A program made the translations under genes and the position numbers. Source: Antedon mediterranea (taxonomy: Eukaryota > Animalia > Echinodermata). From it: 64,000 nt of DNA. Shown here piece by piece: positions 1 to 16,000 of the stretch. Each line of letters opens with the position of its first letter. The stretch's first letter is position 1. The stretch is taken from the NCBI RefSeq assembly GCF_964355755.1, contig NC_092674.1, forward strand, positions 26,412,001-26,476,000. The letters are read 5' to 3'. The notes under the pieces were generated by a model. The model was not told where the DNA came from and did not search any database. It was given only the letters and a program-made list of their open reading frames with translations.

Positions 1-1033
1 GTATTTACTGTATAAAGTATACACATATCTATGGGTACAGTATATTGTTAAGCTTTGAGTTTTGTGTCTACACTTATAAAGTAAGGTTAAATGCAAAACT
101 TCTTAAGTTTGGCAGATGTATTTCTGATATTATAAAATGTTAGCTCATTACTTATGATAGCGAATAAATACCAATAAATAACCTCTTACTCAACTATGAA
201 TATCATGTACTACATTGGAAGACCAAATTACATTTTAACAAAAATATTTCTTTTTTTAGCAATGTGTCTCTATAAATAAATCTGCTTAATTATTCAAACG
301 ATTGCATTGAATAGCCGTAATATTAACTATAATAATTAATATTAATACCAACAGTAAATGCCATACACAAGTATATTAATAAGTTTACATCGACAGTACA
401 AATGTTTGTTTGTTCTCAAAGTTTAAATTATATTTAGAATTTTTTTAAATATTGCTTGTCAGTAGACTTATATAAACCAGGAGTTTGTAATTAGAATTAC
501 AACTCCATTATATAACTATTAAGGTCAAGATTCCGAATAATGGCATGCGTTGCAAATACGTCATTTTATGATCGAATGGGCGTGGTTATACCAGGGTTAA
601 ACCACGCCCAATTCAAGCTCGTACGCTACTAATCAAATTTGCTTGAAAGAACATGACGCATAAATCTATCGCATACCTACAAACCGGCCGACAAGAAATC
701 CTATCAATATGCTGACACTTTACCATAGCACACAAAACGTAGAAGTAAAATGTCGGCATCAGGCCTCTGACTAGACTCAACAAGACTCGTCTGCCTATGA
801 TAATGACGTCATCTTCGATGTCTTCTTCGCCTAAACATGCTTCTTCCTTCTCTCGCGTCTCTTGATACACTGACGGTTATAGCGGATCGATTTATCAATA
901 AGTTATTAATAAATCATCATCACCATAACTTTCAGTATACCTAAACTGTGCTTTCAATTCGATACATACACCAGATTAGAATGAAAGAAAGCTATGAAGG
1001 AGGATTTTCATCTAGGGTGTGGTCCAAATCCTC

Positions 1034-4000
1034 TTATACTGACGAATCAACGGCGTTCATAGCCGCATTGTAGGAAGGTGGAGATGATAAAGGAACGGCA
1101 CTCTCATCATCACAATTCCCTCCACGGCCTTCGATCTCGGGATACTGCAATTCACGGCGATGTTCGTTTAAAAACGGTCCCCATTCAGAATGTGATTGTG
1201 CCGATCGTTCGATTTTCTGTAAGATTATTACAAATAAAATTAGGAATTGAAATTGTAGTCTACTAACATATATTGTGTTATTCTGTACTGTACTACGCTG
1301 CACACATATTACCAACGTTTGTAATACTATAGTTTTACGTAGCGCCATCATTTTTTTTTTCGTATTCCTTATCTCAGGTATAGTTATGACACGCTATATG
1401 TGTCAAAATATTTTTCTTTTCATGAATATTAAACGAATCGATGTCTAGGCTAACTAGTACGTGACGTAATTTATGCCACGGTATAAGTGTCTCTTTTAAA
1501 TAGTTGAACAATGTACCAAAGTGCTTAGAAATGCTTCAAATCGCATTTGGAGACGTTTTAGACCATTTTGTGATTTTCGAAAAAACATTTTAACATTAAT
1601 TAAATAGCTTCCCACTAAATGATTGTTAATAGCAAGAACAGGAAACAGACATGCGAAGCGCATCTCAAATCGTAGGCATCACGTTTATAATCTCTGCCAA
1701 GTAAACGTCAAAGACTGACCACGAAAGAACGGTCTGACCGTTCTTAACACTTTTTTTTTATTATTTAATATACAAAAATATTAATCACAAGAATCACCAT
1801 AAAATTTACATTAAGATCACGTGGTTTTAATGGCCTAATCCGATTGGGCAACGATTCTTAAAATCAGGGGACATAAATTTAAAAAAAAATTATTTAACGA
1901 AAACCTCACCTCAATTAATGAACCTTTAGCCTTGGAAATTTCGTAGACAGCAATGATGGGAGTTGGTACAATTGCTGCTACAACCATCAGCCAGCCTAGA
2001 GCTTCAGCCCATGGCGGGAACTTGTAGTCTGTTTCGTACGTTAACGGAGCGTAACCAACGCAGAAGAAAACAAAGATGAACTAGATAAACAAAATGTATA
2101 TTATTAATATTAATTATTACCCAGACAGAATCTTAAAAGAGTAGATATAGTTGATATAACAACATATAGTGTCATATTGTTCTACGAATTTCAGTTATGA
2201 TTACGCAAAGCGGCTGACTGGGTTTATGTTCTAGGAACATGGTGTCTCTAGTGTCCATGTTCATAAATATCGTATTTTTATCTCTAGTATTGTTATTTGC
2301 TTGTGTTTATTTTGCGGCATATCGATCATCCTCTTCATAGCGACATGATCGGTTCCGTTATCGCTAGAAGTGGTAGGATGATGAGGACGGTGAACGCGCA
2401 GACAGACCGTTACAAGTACTCGTTCTACGGCATGCATTATAACAAAAGATTTGTTAGATATTTCTTTTTTCCCTTATTTGTATTTGAGGCAAGTCAGAAT
2501 TTGAGCACTGTAATTTCCATTATATTGGATAATAGAAGGTATCTGTATCATATCAAATTTTGAGCGTAGACAAATTATAATACAGTATTATTAATATGTA
2601 ATTTTATGTGGAACCATCCAATTGGTGGGTTAAACAATTTAACACCCTCAATACTCCACTCAAGAAGTTTGACCCATTTTATTTCTGAACGAGTTCAGTA
2701 GGCCTACCATTAAAAACATCAGTTTTTTAAATCGGATGTTTTTGTTGTAAATGTTTTATGTAAATACTTGAAGCTAGACTACAAATATTGAGATAGTCAC
2801 AATTTCTTCAACAAAGATTATTTTTTTAATAATATTGATTATTATATTAACTATCTCGAAATACCTTGAAGTTATCTGTAAGGGTAAACGTATCTTTTCC
2901 GTTTCATGGTGACTTTGTAAATTATATCTTAAGTAAATCAACGAAGATTGTCTAGACAATTACTTTAATCATATTAACTTAATAATACAAAGTTGATATT
3001 GCATTTATCAATTAGCAGTACCCCGTGTAAACCTTTTCCATCAGTGTTCACATACTTAACCCATGGAGTTAATTACCACCATGCTTATTAACCTTTACTG
3101 ATACTTTTTTTTATCTCGTTTCCATTGTATCTATTTAAATAATTATCATTATATCACGCGAAAATAATCATGCTGTGTCTCCATGATGGAAAATCTTCCA
3201 CAACTTTACCTTCTAAAGACGGTTTTTCACTAGGCACATTTATTCGCTTGAATCGAAGTGTTGACGCATCTACTTTTGTGACGTGTAAAAATGCGCAACA
3301 AATCACATCTCAGGCATGTTCGAGCGAAAAAAGTGCAGAAGTATACACAACAACAACGTTATTAAACAGCCTTGACATTATAATATCATAATTCAGATTA
3401 TTCTGTTGAATGATGACTGTTGTTATTATGAATTTTCCGGTCATTTAGACACGCGTATTAAATGACGTCAATCAAAGTTATATTTACTGCATCATATCAA
3501 AAATATGTTTTTGTATTTATTACTTCATTATTTGTTTTCGAACGACTCACAATTGTTCATAGTATTTCTAAAGAAACTATATACATAGTGTTACGGTATG
3601 TTCTATCGCTACCATTTTCAAAAATATCATTATCGTACAAATAAACGATCCAAGTTATAGGCCTATATACTGAAAAAATGTTTAAAAAAATTGAATATAA
3701 AATAACTAAATAAATAAATAGTGAAATTACAGTAATAATTAAATAGCACTACAACCGATGGTGTGTAGGCATGAGCAGATGTTTGTAACGCTTTGCTGCA
3801 TTGTGCACTTGGAAATGTAATTAATAATACTATTGCACTTACTCCTATTACACAAGGTGTGATAATCATCCACATAGCTTTCCAGTAAATGTTTGGTGTA
3901 AAACCTAACATTTTACTTATGTCTTCCGTGTATCTTTGAATACCTAAACAAAAAAAGAAAATAATAAACAATATCAAAAATCATTATTTGTTGTTACATA

Positions 4001-7000
4001 TATAAAATGTGTGCATGGAAAAATTGTTTTCCTTGACAGAACAGTGGTAAAACATTCGCAATTACATCATACATAGAACAAAAATTAGGCCTACAACTAT
4101 AAACATCCATTAAACGTACATTAATCCCGCATAAAAATACATACACTAAAAAACGGTAAAATCTTAAAAATATATATATATATAGTATATATGTGAACTT
4201 TATTCAATCAATCGTACATTTGTTATAATGGTAACCACAATAAGGTATAATATTACAGTAGATTTTTACAAAAAAACAAGACCAATATAAATATTAATTA
4301 TAAAATATATACAATGATTATTTACAGTAATGATAATAATAAAAATTAATTGTTTATATTGACTATTATTGGAAACAGAAGTTGAATAATAAAATACTGG
4401 AAAGTTTAATTAGAGGTTTACATGTGTGTTATTATGTTTATCAAGCGGATGATTTCTGTTGACAGCGCTATGATGTTAACGCACATTATACCCTATTCGC
4501 TATAGCCTAGTGGTCTTAATTGGAGTGCGTAGATATTTAATAATTCGCATTGGTCACTTACCATAAACGTAACTGATAACAATTAGTTCAACGAATGCAA
4601 TAAGGAGAAGTGAAAACCCAGCAGAATAGTTATCCATTAAAGAAAGTAGATATATTCCTCCCTGAAAATAAAATAAATGAATAAAATAACTGATACATAG
4701 ATATAATGTATTCTACGTTGACAAATTGATAGATTGAATATCTGGGGTAGCAAGGGAAAGCTATCACGATGACAATAGTATGTAAGCATGCATACGATCA
4801 TAACAGTAAGATTCTTTATTATATATTATGATATATTATATTATTCTTTATATTTATCTTCGCCGTTGAGTGGTAGAAGATAAAAGTCTCTATAATATTA
4901 TGCCTACTGTAATTTCTGCTATATACAATACAAAGAAGACAAAACAAATATAAAAGGCAAGGAAAGACCAAACAGGTACTGAACACCTATATCTTTAAAG
5001 AGAGTAAGGAGCCGAAACAATAAAATATAGCCGTGCATGACGAAATCAATCTAAAATTGTCTTATCTGTTGGAATTAGTTCTTATCGCCGTTGATGAGCG
5101 TTTGGGTCTCACTTAGACGCAAAACATGGTCGTAAGCGCGCATGAATTGTTTAACCAATCACGAATCAGTTGATCATCAACTGACGCTTATGATTGGTCA
5201 ACTCACATTCACCACGTGAGGGTGGCTTTATCACACGCATGCACTATCTAAATAACTAAACAGAGAGCGAGACACAATTTCACAAGCTTTTTGTAGTTTC
5301 TGTTGACCTACTACTTTGAATTACTATAAATTAGGATTTAGTTTGATGTGAAATAAATCGCTTTTAACCTTTGGCATTAATAACTAGTTACATAAAATAT
5401 TTTATATACAGGGAGATTTTTCGAAAATAGCCAAATGCGATTAGTTCTTCCTATTTTATCTATTATGAATGCGGCTTGGAAATGCATCAGGTTTGAATCG
5501 AGCTCTGGAATTACGTAATATTTTGTGACGGTAAATATTTATTTAGGTTTCAATGTCATTTGTAAACATTTGCTATCTTGTTTGATTATTATCTGGTGAT
5601 AATGATAATAGAAAAATGATAATGACGTCAATGATTACGAAGACAATAAATAGTTTTCTGTTTGTGTTAAAATTCCGTTTGAGTTTATATTTCTTTCAGT
5701 GACTTCAGCTAAATAATTATTTATATACAAAAAAAAATCGCTTTTCAGATCTCCACCTCCAGGTATGATATGAGTGTAAACGCAAAGATACAACATCAGG
5801 CATGTTCGGAACAAACAAGTGTAAAGGGAAGTAATAATCGTCGTTAAAACAGGATGGATAGGCTACAAGACTATCATTGCGGACATATAAATACAAGGCC
5901 ATTTTTCAAGAACTCACTAATTTAATTTAAATTGTGACAAGTATAAACTTATACTTGTCACAATTTAAATTAAATTAGTATGTTTGTACCTCAGTTACAT
6001 GCGGAATTCCCAGCAAGAATCCAACAACACAGAATCCCAATGTGAACCAGATCTTCTTCGATTGGACATTTTCTATTTTGGTTGAAAGTTCGTCACAAAA
6101 AGCTGTTATTACCGTCTCCATCATTACAAACTGCGGTAAAATAATAAATAAATGCATTTGCATATTAGGCCTATATATTGAGCCTACTGTTACATGAGGC
6201 AACATATATTTAAAATTATAAAAATAGTAATAAATTATGTGATACGAAATATGTAAACATTTTAACTACACAAGTCATATCTGCTTAAGCTTGGATCGCG
6301 CTTAGACGCAATATAATGGCATAGTTGCAACGCAACGTGAATTGACCAATCACAAGCGACAGTTCGGATACTCAATCGCTTCGTGATTCGTCAAATTATA
6401 CATTATTGCGCTTAGGTTCTTGCATTGGATCCAAGCTTTAGCAAATAACCTCTATTAATAGGCCTATGTCATTTACAAATAAATTTGTGTTTTTTTTACC
6501 TGACTGTCCAATCCAAGAGTGAATAACATACAAAAGAATAAGAAAGACCAGAAAGGAGATGCTGGCATCCTAGCCACCGCTTCCGGATAAGCAACAAACG
6601 CCAGACCAGGTCCTTTAAAAATAGAAAATCATCAATTACTATGCGTTTCAGTATTAAGCATTATATAACACCTAAATAAATTCATGTCATTTCATTGAAC
6701 AATTGTGAGTCGCATGCCGCGCAATAGTACGCACTAAAGATCGTTACATAGTACTTTATTTATTTGTATAATAATGAATGACTCTGAAATTATCAGGAAG
6801 AAGAAAGATCATAAAGTAAGAATTAATAATATAAACAACCTAAATGAATTAAAAGAATTTGGGAAACTTTCTCAAAATTACCGGTTTCATAATTCAGTTT
6901 CTATAAAATTAATTACAAATGACAGCATAAGAGAGAGGAACTTGGTGTATCAAATGATTGGTTGCTGCTGCAGTATGTTAGAAAACAGAAATTGTCCTAC

Positions 7001-10000
7001 TTTGGTCACATTAAGCGACAAGATGGAATGGAGAAGAGAGTGTTGGAGGCTTATATTCCAGGGAAGAGAAAAAGAGGAAGACCAAGATGCAAAAATGGGA
7101 GAAGATTATAGTAAATGTGTTTGGCTCTATGGAGCAAGGAAGTAGGATGACAGTAGATGGTATCAGAGAAGCCTCGCTCTGATCAGAGTTTGTTTTGACG
7201 ACGACGAAGATACAATTAATAGCTTTATCCATATTGTGTAATTTTGTGCAATATGTTCCAATATGTTTAAATATGTATACGGATCGTAGTCAACTGTTTA
7301 CCATATGTATCTAGTTTAATTTGATTTCTATAATTAGTTCAGTGTCCGCAAGAGAATAACAATTAAAACTAAATCTGCTTTAATTTCACTTAAAGGTTTC
7401 CATTACAAACGCAATACCGTACAGTTTAATTTAATACTAACATTTAGATATCGATGATATATCTTGTGCATACTGAGCTAATCAATTAAATATACCGGTA
7501 ATTATTACCGTACATTTCGCTCTGTAAACACTATTTTTAGTTGCTTTATTATGACTGTTTCTTTCACATCTAAATTGCTAGTACAAACATTAACTATTCA
7601 TTAAAACTGTCTTTCTGTACTGTTGCTAGAATTTAATCATAAAACCATCTACATCTTTTAGAAATCAGTAATTTGTATTCAGAATTAATCAGAAACCTAA
7701 AGCGATAACATAGTATCTTCAATTAAATAAGAAAATTGAAAACCATCAATAATAATAATTGTTATTCAACTCGTATGCTGTACAAATATTTATTCATTGA
7801 TATATTTTAAAGATGATTTCTTGTTGATTCACTTTTGTCTTCAACTTTGCAATTAAAGTAATGTTGTAAGAAGAGCATGGAGGTGTTATTCACGAGGGGA
7901 GGTAGATATGTTGTCTCTATGCAACAGTGAGGGCTAACGATTTCAGCAATGGTGTATTACCTCGACCGCTATCAAATTAATCCGCAACTCGTAATACGCG
8001 CATAGCTGCAAAATAAATAGTGCGCGATGTTTTTTGGCAGCAGAAAATCCATCACGCGATAAACATTAAGGGCACAAAGTTTAAAAAGAACTGTGCATTA
8101 TGATATACACTTACCAGTACTAGCAACCTTATCAATTTCAAGATTAGCATCGTGCGCCATGAAACCAATGACAGAGAAGATGACGAAGCCAGCAAAGATA
8201 CTCGTACCACAGTTAGTGAACGCAACGACCAGAGCGTCCCGATGGCAGTTGTTGTGGAATTTATTGTAACTGGATAGTGTGTGGAGACTTCCCCAGGCGA
8301 CCCCCAGGGAATAGAAAATCTGGGAGGCAGCGTCCTTCCATACCTATATTACACAAATGTATTTACATTAAACACTGTTATCTAATAATAAACTTATTGC
8401 GTGATCTGGATGTAAAGTTTGTATTCCAAGTTTTACGTTGGAAAAGCTCTGTCTACACTATCAAACATCGTGTCCATACATGGGCACATCACATTATTAT
8501 AAGTTATCACGTTATACATAAGTTTGATAGTGTAGACAGAGCTTTAGACGCAACGGCGTAGGCATAATATAAATGAGTTAACCAATCACAATCGATAATT
8601 CGGATGATCCATTCCGTCGTGATTGGTCAAATCAGGGAAAAGTGAAATCTAGCCTACTCTTCTCTGGTCAAATTACTTGGGTCAAAGTGGAGAACCAAGC
8701 TACTCTTCGGTACTATTGTTCAAACTATCGTATTCTTTACTTCTACTGTTATAATACATATTTTCAAAACCCTCACAAAACTATATTCTCATAGTTTAAT
8801 ATTATATAGGTTATGAACAAAGCTCTATAATGCTGTTCCCATCAACAACCGTACTTTGCAGTCGTAAATATTATTGTAACAACTAAAAGTCACGTCTGAA
8901 CAATTTGTCTAGACCAGAAATCGTCAGCTGCCGCCACATTTTTTAAAGTACAGTCCCATGTACTGTAATATAGAGCTTTTGATTTTCGAGGACCTAGGAC
9001 CCAGGAATTACGTAAATTATACATTACATATTCTTTCCACTGAAATCTTTGTAATGGGGTCCCACAAATTAACACAAATTGGCAAACCTATCAAAACGTG
9101 TGCGCACAATAAATTAACATGACGTCATCGGTCCTGGCCAATTGAAAGCTCCCTAATAAGCACTCCACTTAAAACTCTTCTTTTTAATTAATAATACTAA
9201 TATTGTTATGCGTTCTGTTCTTTTTAGGGCGCCATATAAAAAGTTTTATAGAATAGAACAGAATAGATGAAATATGGTACCTTTGGATCTTTCAACAGTT
9301 CAAATTTCGGCCACACGAAATACAGAATACCATCGGCAGCTCCGGGTAGTGTAACGCCACGAATGAACAAAATTAAAAGAACCAAATACGGGAACGTTGC
9401 TGTGAAATATACAACCTGTGAATTAAATAAATGGGATGTTACTTACTGCGCATGCTTACAATGAGAATATTGATGAAGAAGTCTACATCTATTCACTACT
9501 TATGTCTACTTTAGATATTAAGTGTTAAGATCGATTGTTTTCAAACTCAAGTACACGACAAATGTTTCTCTAAAATGGCTATAAGTTCCCTCGTGGCACA
9601 TTCGTTAGTGTGGCGCTCCATACTATTATATACACGGTGGCTCTCCGTGGCGTTTCATACTAGGTAGCTTACAATGTAACGAAAATCTCATATTATATAT
9701 ACCATGTCAATAAAGCGACAGACCGGGATGTATATTGCGATAGATTTTCCATAATTAATTCATCCGTGAAAGAAGCTATTGGTCACAAAAACATTAATTC
9801 GAGGGTTAAAAGGAAACAAGAAAAACAGGTACTGTAATCTAAAAATCACTGCAGGTAAAATCATTACACAGATCGATACTTCCTTTCAAAAACCTACTAC
9901 ATAACAAAAAACTAGTTTTATCCAGTTTTATAACCTTCATCAAGGGGTGTTACGAAAAATAAATCTCTTCAAAATAGGTCAAAAATATATACTTTCATTA

Positions 10001-13000
10001 TAATTTATATAACCCTGAAAAAAACCTGTATTGATTAAATTTTGACACGAAAGATGGCTAAAGGAAAAAAGCATCTTGTCACGATTTTCAATCAAAAATA
10101 TACGTTTGTCAAAAACAAAAATTGTGTAGGATTATATACACACGGTGAAATAAAAAATGTTCGACTATTACAAGAATACGTAGGAATAGTATTAATAACT
10201 CGGGTATAATATAAGGGAAGTCGAGTGGGCTTATATACGTACTAGGGTGGTCTTAACATCGCAACAATTTACGGGCTTAAGCTCGGGATATCGATGCGGC
10301 ACAGACGTAGAAATAATATGTTTGCAAAAATAATAATGTCTCAAATGGCACCCCGTACAATATTGTAATAAATTACAAAACATCATCACCAGCACATACT
10401 ACTTACTTTGCCGGATGATTTGACCCCCTTTGCAATACAAAAGAAAACAATGATCCAGGCGAGTAGCAGACACAAGCAGAGGTCCCATCTTACGGAACCT
10501 GGTTCCTCAATACCAGACGACCGGTGCAAGACACGGTTGCTAAGTTGACGAAGAAAGAAAAGAGATATATTCATGTTACTAAAGTAGGCCTAATCAATAT
10601 TGATCTAGGAAGAGGTAGCATTATTTTGTTTGATTGCAATATTTACTCTTCTTGATACAGCAGGGAACATTTTCGCCAGTGTAGCGTAGCAAAAAGCTAT
10701 ACAAAACAACCTTATTGCTACACATTTTGAAAATTGTGTAGAAAAAAATACAATACAAAACTATGTTTCTCGACTTAAAAATCAGTTTGATTAGCAATAT
10801 TGCTAAACAAAATTTTTAAATGAAAATTTTCCCTGTACAGTATAAACATCATGACAATCATAATATATGATGTAGTAGTACTGTGGTTATAACATCATGA
10901 TAATTATATAGTAATGATATCATCGTGATGTTAATGATGATACCGTAATGATAAAAATAATCATAATGGTAAAAATAATCATAATGAAAAGGAGTAAATT
11001 GTTTTTAAAAATAGCAATTTTATTCTTCTATGATATTGATACAGTATACTAACATCATGGCAATTATAATATGATGTAGTAGTACTGTGGTTATAACATC
11101 ATGATAATTATAATAATCATGATCATGGATGATGATGACGATACTGTAATGATAAAACATCATGATAATGATAAGTCCATGGTATCATGATTAAGAAATG
11201 ATGATAACGATATGAAAATGAAGATCATGATGATTTTATTGCAACCAGCATATTTTACATAATTGTACACCCACAAATTGATATTTCATATTTTAATCTT
11301 ACCAGGATAAAATTGTGAACACGTGACGTGTACAAGATGGCCACTAAGGTTACAGTGTCAAGGTCAAAGTTAAGTTGACGTTCATGGCATATTCGAAAAC
11401 TCAACAGCTTCATCAACATCCGAATTCCAGAAAAAATGATGACTTCATTTACATATTTCAATAGTGTTGCACACCCCGGATACAATCAAACGGGATGGGT
11501 AAGACAGGGGCATGAATTATAATATTATAAATTACATGGACTCACTTCCAAAACTCAACGCTTGGTCTTACGGAATCGTTGCTATGAACGGCAGTACCGT
11601 TTTCATCCATAACAGTTCCATTCAATGAACACATGTCAGAGTTCCACTCATGTCCACACGATGCCCACGGTAACTCTGACGTCATCGAGGCGAATAAGTA
11701 GAAGAGAATATAGGCGATGATGACGTTGTAATAACAGCATACCATAGCAGTAATAAGGGTCATTCCCCATCCGAGACCTAGGGTGGGAAAAGCAGTATAT
11801 TAAAATCGACGAATATAACACTGTGTGACTGCTGTAGAAACAACATTAACACAAAACAAATGAAATAAAGTCATTACATATAGGCCTATAGCAAAACAAG
11901 CAGTTAACATTTTACTAATAAAATATTTGACAATTTAAATTCAAAATTTCTTAATTTTATAACATCGATGTGTAAGCTAGGTAAAATCTGGTTTTCATTT
12001 AAATATTGACCTTCTTGCTAAACCCATCGGAATTTAACTTTTAAGTGGTTTCAAACCAAATATCCCAAAAACTACACCTTAAACTGAGAAGGCAAGATTT
12101 ATGAAAACCAGACTCCAACAGACAACCACATCTGGATGGAGTCCCAAAAATGGCAATAGACGTATCTCTCAAACAATCAATATGGAAACAGCTGGTGCTG
12201 CATACTACTTTTTTCGCGCGTTTTCGTTAAGCACAACATTATTTTAGTATTCGTTGAACGAAAAACGCGCGAAACAACAATGTCCCAGTTTTAATGAAAA
12301 ATATAGGGAGATTTACTGACTTAATATTACATAAAAGCAAGCTTTCCTGTCTCGAATAATCTCATTTCGGACGCAGTTCTGTAAAGCGCAGCTAGAAAGA
12401 AAGAGCATTTTCTGTACTTAATAAAAGATTATGCGTTTTGAGTCAACTATTTAAAGTATGCCGATGATGTCGATGCGTAGTACGAGCTGCGTAAGACACA
12501 ATCACGTCTATTAAACAATGGTGTGGTTAACTATAGAGTAATGTTTAGCGGCCTTTTCAATAATCAATTATAGTAAATACGCGTTGACGCATTCTTCTTA
12601 AGCGGAATTGTAGAAATTCGGCAATCAGATTTTATTTGTTTCTTTTGATTTTAACGCAGACAACGAGAACACGTCCTCGACTGGAAAACTAGCTTTAAGT
12701 GCTGTTGTGAACATCACACGAATATTAGTAATAAAATATAACAAGCAAGTCAGTTATAATATCGTTTAAATATGTATTACAATATTATAATTATTTCTTT
12801 CCCAAAGATTTCACATTTTACTACTGAAATCACACATACGCTATTCTTTACTTCCAAGTTCCCACCCCCTCCCCATACCACAAAACCACCCAATTCCCCC
12901 GCCATCCCATATACCTAAGTAACCCAGGTATTTCATACTCTCATAAATTCTTGCATAGCCCTTCTTATTCCCTTCAGTTTAAACCCCATGTTTATATTAT

Positions 13001-16000
13001 ATGAACACAATAGGACTTATCTGCGGTGCTCGTTACTGATGACGACGCCTGTCGATGATGCGAGATTCCGGGTAGCACACCTTCCCTCAGACGTATCCAA
13101 CTAGCCTAGCCTAAAATAGTAAAATAATCCTTCCTCTATACAACTCCCTGCTCTTACTTAAATAATAACAATAACCTCCCATCCGATAAAAACGCTACCG
13201 ACACCGATAAAATAAATAGGAGCATTTTAATCAGTGTCATTTTGTTACGATCGTAAAGATCTGTGTTGTTTGGATGGAATGCCATTCGTTTTAAATGTAT
13301 AGGCCTACTATTATTTATTTTCAGTAAATACAAAATAATCTGAATTATTTATTTAAATATTTGTATAAATTAAAATTTTCCAAGTTTATATTAATTTTGT
13401 TTACGATTAGATATAACGATTGTTTATGTTATTTTCAATGTTTTGTAATAGAGGACCATTACCTTGGCATTGAGGAGCATACTGTACTATAATGAGCTAA
13501 TTTGAATTAAAGTTTAAACAATGTATGCAAACATTTAAATTGATTCTTATATTCAACAACATTGATTGTTTTACTTAAATATATTCAACAAAATTAAAAT
13601 GATATCAAATTTATCACAAGATACGATAATCGCCTTCTGATTTTCTTCTGATAGAAATAATATATCTCGTCTCCGAGTTGACAACTTAGAAATCCTATAG
13701 CAAGTTTAATTTCCTCTATCTCATTATGATGAGTTCAGATATTCGTGGAAATTTCCATCAGCTTTTCTACGACTCGTTTTAAAAAATATGTATGCTATAC
13801 GAGAGTAGTAGCGTGTAATATCATTAAATGTGATCCCCTTAGAGAGAGAGAGGGAGATGCTAAGATATATCAAAAACTACTGAAGTAGAAGACGAAATCG
13901 CATCTTTAAAATGTTAATTACTATGCATTAATAACAGTTAAATTCTTTTCTCAACTCGCAAATAGACATAATATTATTTTCGGGCATTATTTCAATCATA
14001 ATTCTCTTCTTACCACACCAAGGCAATCTAACAAACAGTCACTCGAACACCAACATTTTAAAGAGGACACATTATCATTTATAAGAACACAATTCATTTT
14101 GCCTAAGATACTAAATTCGTACCGCTAAATGACTCGGCCTTAGTACAAAGCTAAGTCGTCCGGCCGAAGCAGCTAGTTCACTTCTCGTAGATACTGTATA
14201 ATAAACTTGGAGAGGAAAGTAACAAATTAGCGACATAAAAAGAAAACAATTTTTCATTTCTTTCAACCAAAACTGTAAGTTAAATAAAATGTTCAAGCTA
14301 CAAACAAGACTATTCTTCTTGTTAATGAAATTTTCATTAAAGTTTACAGGGATTTTTCATCAACGTATAGGCCTATATTTGCCAAATTAAAACCATAAAA
14401 GGTAAAATATATAAATTTAATTTATTTTCAATAATAATAATATTTTACCCGTTTTTTAAGGGGTTAATTTTATGCATGGAAGACTTTGATTTTTAAATTG
14501 TTCAACTCAACTTATTTTGGAAATTTCCAGAATTTTATAAATACAGTTGATTAATATGGGTAAAATATCATAAATACATAATTATGTTAATAATATAGGC
14601 ATAATTACCAATAATTATAATAAATATATTTGTTGTAAAAACCACACAGTATGAAAATGAAGAATGTTTTGTTTGTCCAATATCATCCAGTTTCAAAACC
14701 ATTTTTACAAATAATGGGTTCGTTTTTTGATAAGCAACGGGTTAATTAAAAATATACTGTCATTTATATCTATTTTAAAAGAAAGACAAATATAAATTGC
14801 TTATTTTGTAAATCGAACTTTTGGTAACTCCAAAAGATTCTAGAAACCATGTTTATCAAAATTGTATACAGTCAACTATCACAATACCGGAATCCTCTAC
14901 AAAAGCATAGGAAACTCAAACAAATCAAGATTCTCTTCGAGGTCCAAAAGCACCAAAGTCGTTTTATCTTGGAGAAATTATTATTTCTCTGTATATGGTT
15001 TACCATTATAAAATCACAATAGGAATACCAGAATTTCTGGAAAACCAGGAAGCCCATCCGAAGTTTGTTCGGTATTGCAAAGTTGACTGTACAAATGTAT
15101 GTATTTTACTTAAAGTTATTAAAATAAGCAACTATAGTTGTGCTTTCTTTTATGACAGTATATGTTTAATTACGATGTGCATACCTAAACAATATAAAAA
15201 AGTAATCAAACATGGTTCAATGTTCATCAATGTCTACTCGAATTGTATTGAAACTTTATGTCAGTTAATTTTCAGAAATATGATTATTAAGTATAGAAAT
15301 TCAAACTGGATAATTAGGTACAAACTGTGTTAATGGAAAAAAGTGTTGTAGTTGGTTTAAGAAAAAATGAATACCTTTGAATACTGGACTAATTTTCCAT
15401 ATACTTATGGCTCCCAGGCTGGCGAATTGTCCAAAAGACAACTCGAGAAAGAAGAGTGGAAGTCCAGCGCATAACAACATGATGATATATGGAAGGAGGA
15501 ACGCACCTAGAACAAAATAAAAACATTACGTTTAAACTTACATAAAAAGGACACCGTGCGACATTTTGAGGACAGGTCCGGTCCTCCCTTGATATTGTTT
15601 AATTTACGGTAAAAATAAAACAGTCAGGGGGAAAATGGCAAAATGTTTCCTACTTTCTAGGATTTTTAACCTATATTGTTTTGACTACTTGTAACCACAA
15701 GGCTGATTTTTACATTTTTCTTCTAACTGAAAATTAATGTTGAAATTGGTTTTTTGTCCGGTCCTCCATTACACGAAAAAATTGTTATAGTTGTGTTTGT
15801 TAATTTACGGTAAAAGAAAATATTGCCATTTTCATATTTTGTTTGTAGACCAATGAAATTGTTATTTTAATAAAATATTAAAACAAAATATCAAAACAGT
15901 CAACAAGAGTCAATTTTTTTGTTATTGTTATTGCCTTTTATTTTGCAATATTTTCATACGCATTACGATTTAATTGTCTGTGTTAATATAACCGATTCTA

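Noticed and set aside
613-870. 85-aa minus-strand ORF
   Set aside because: Non-ATG start and no motif; it lies in the probable SLC6 3' UTR.
9633-10147. CACGGTG words suggesting transposon ends
   Set aside because: Similarity does not extend past the heptamer and the flanks do not match exactly.
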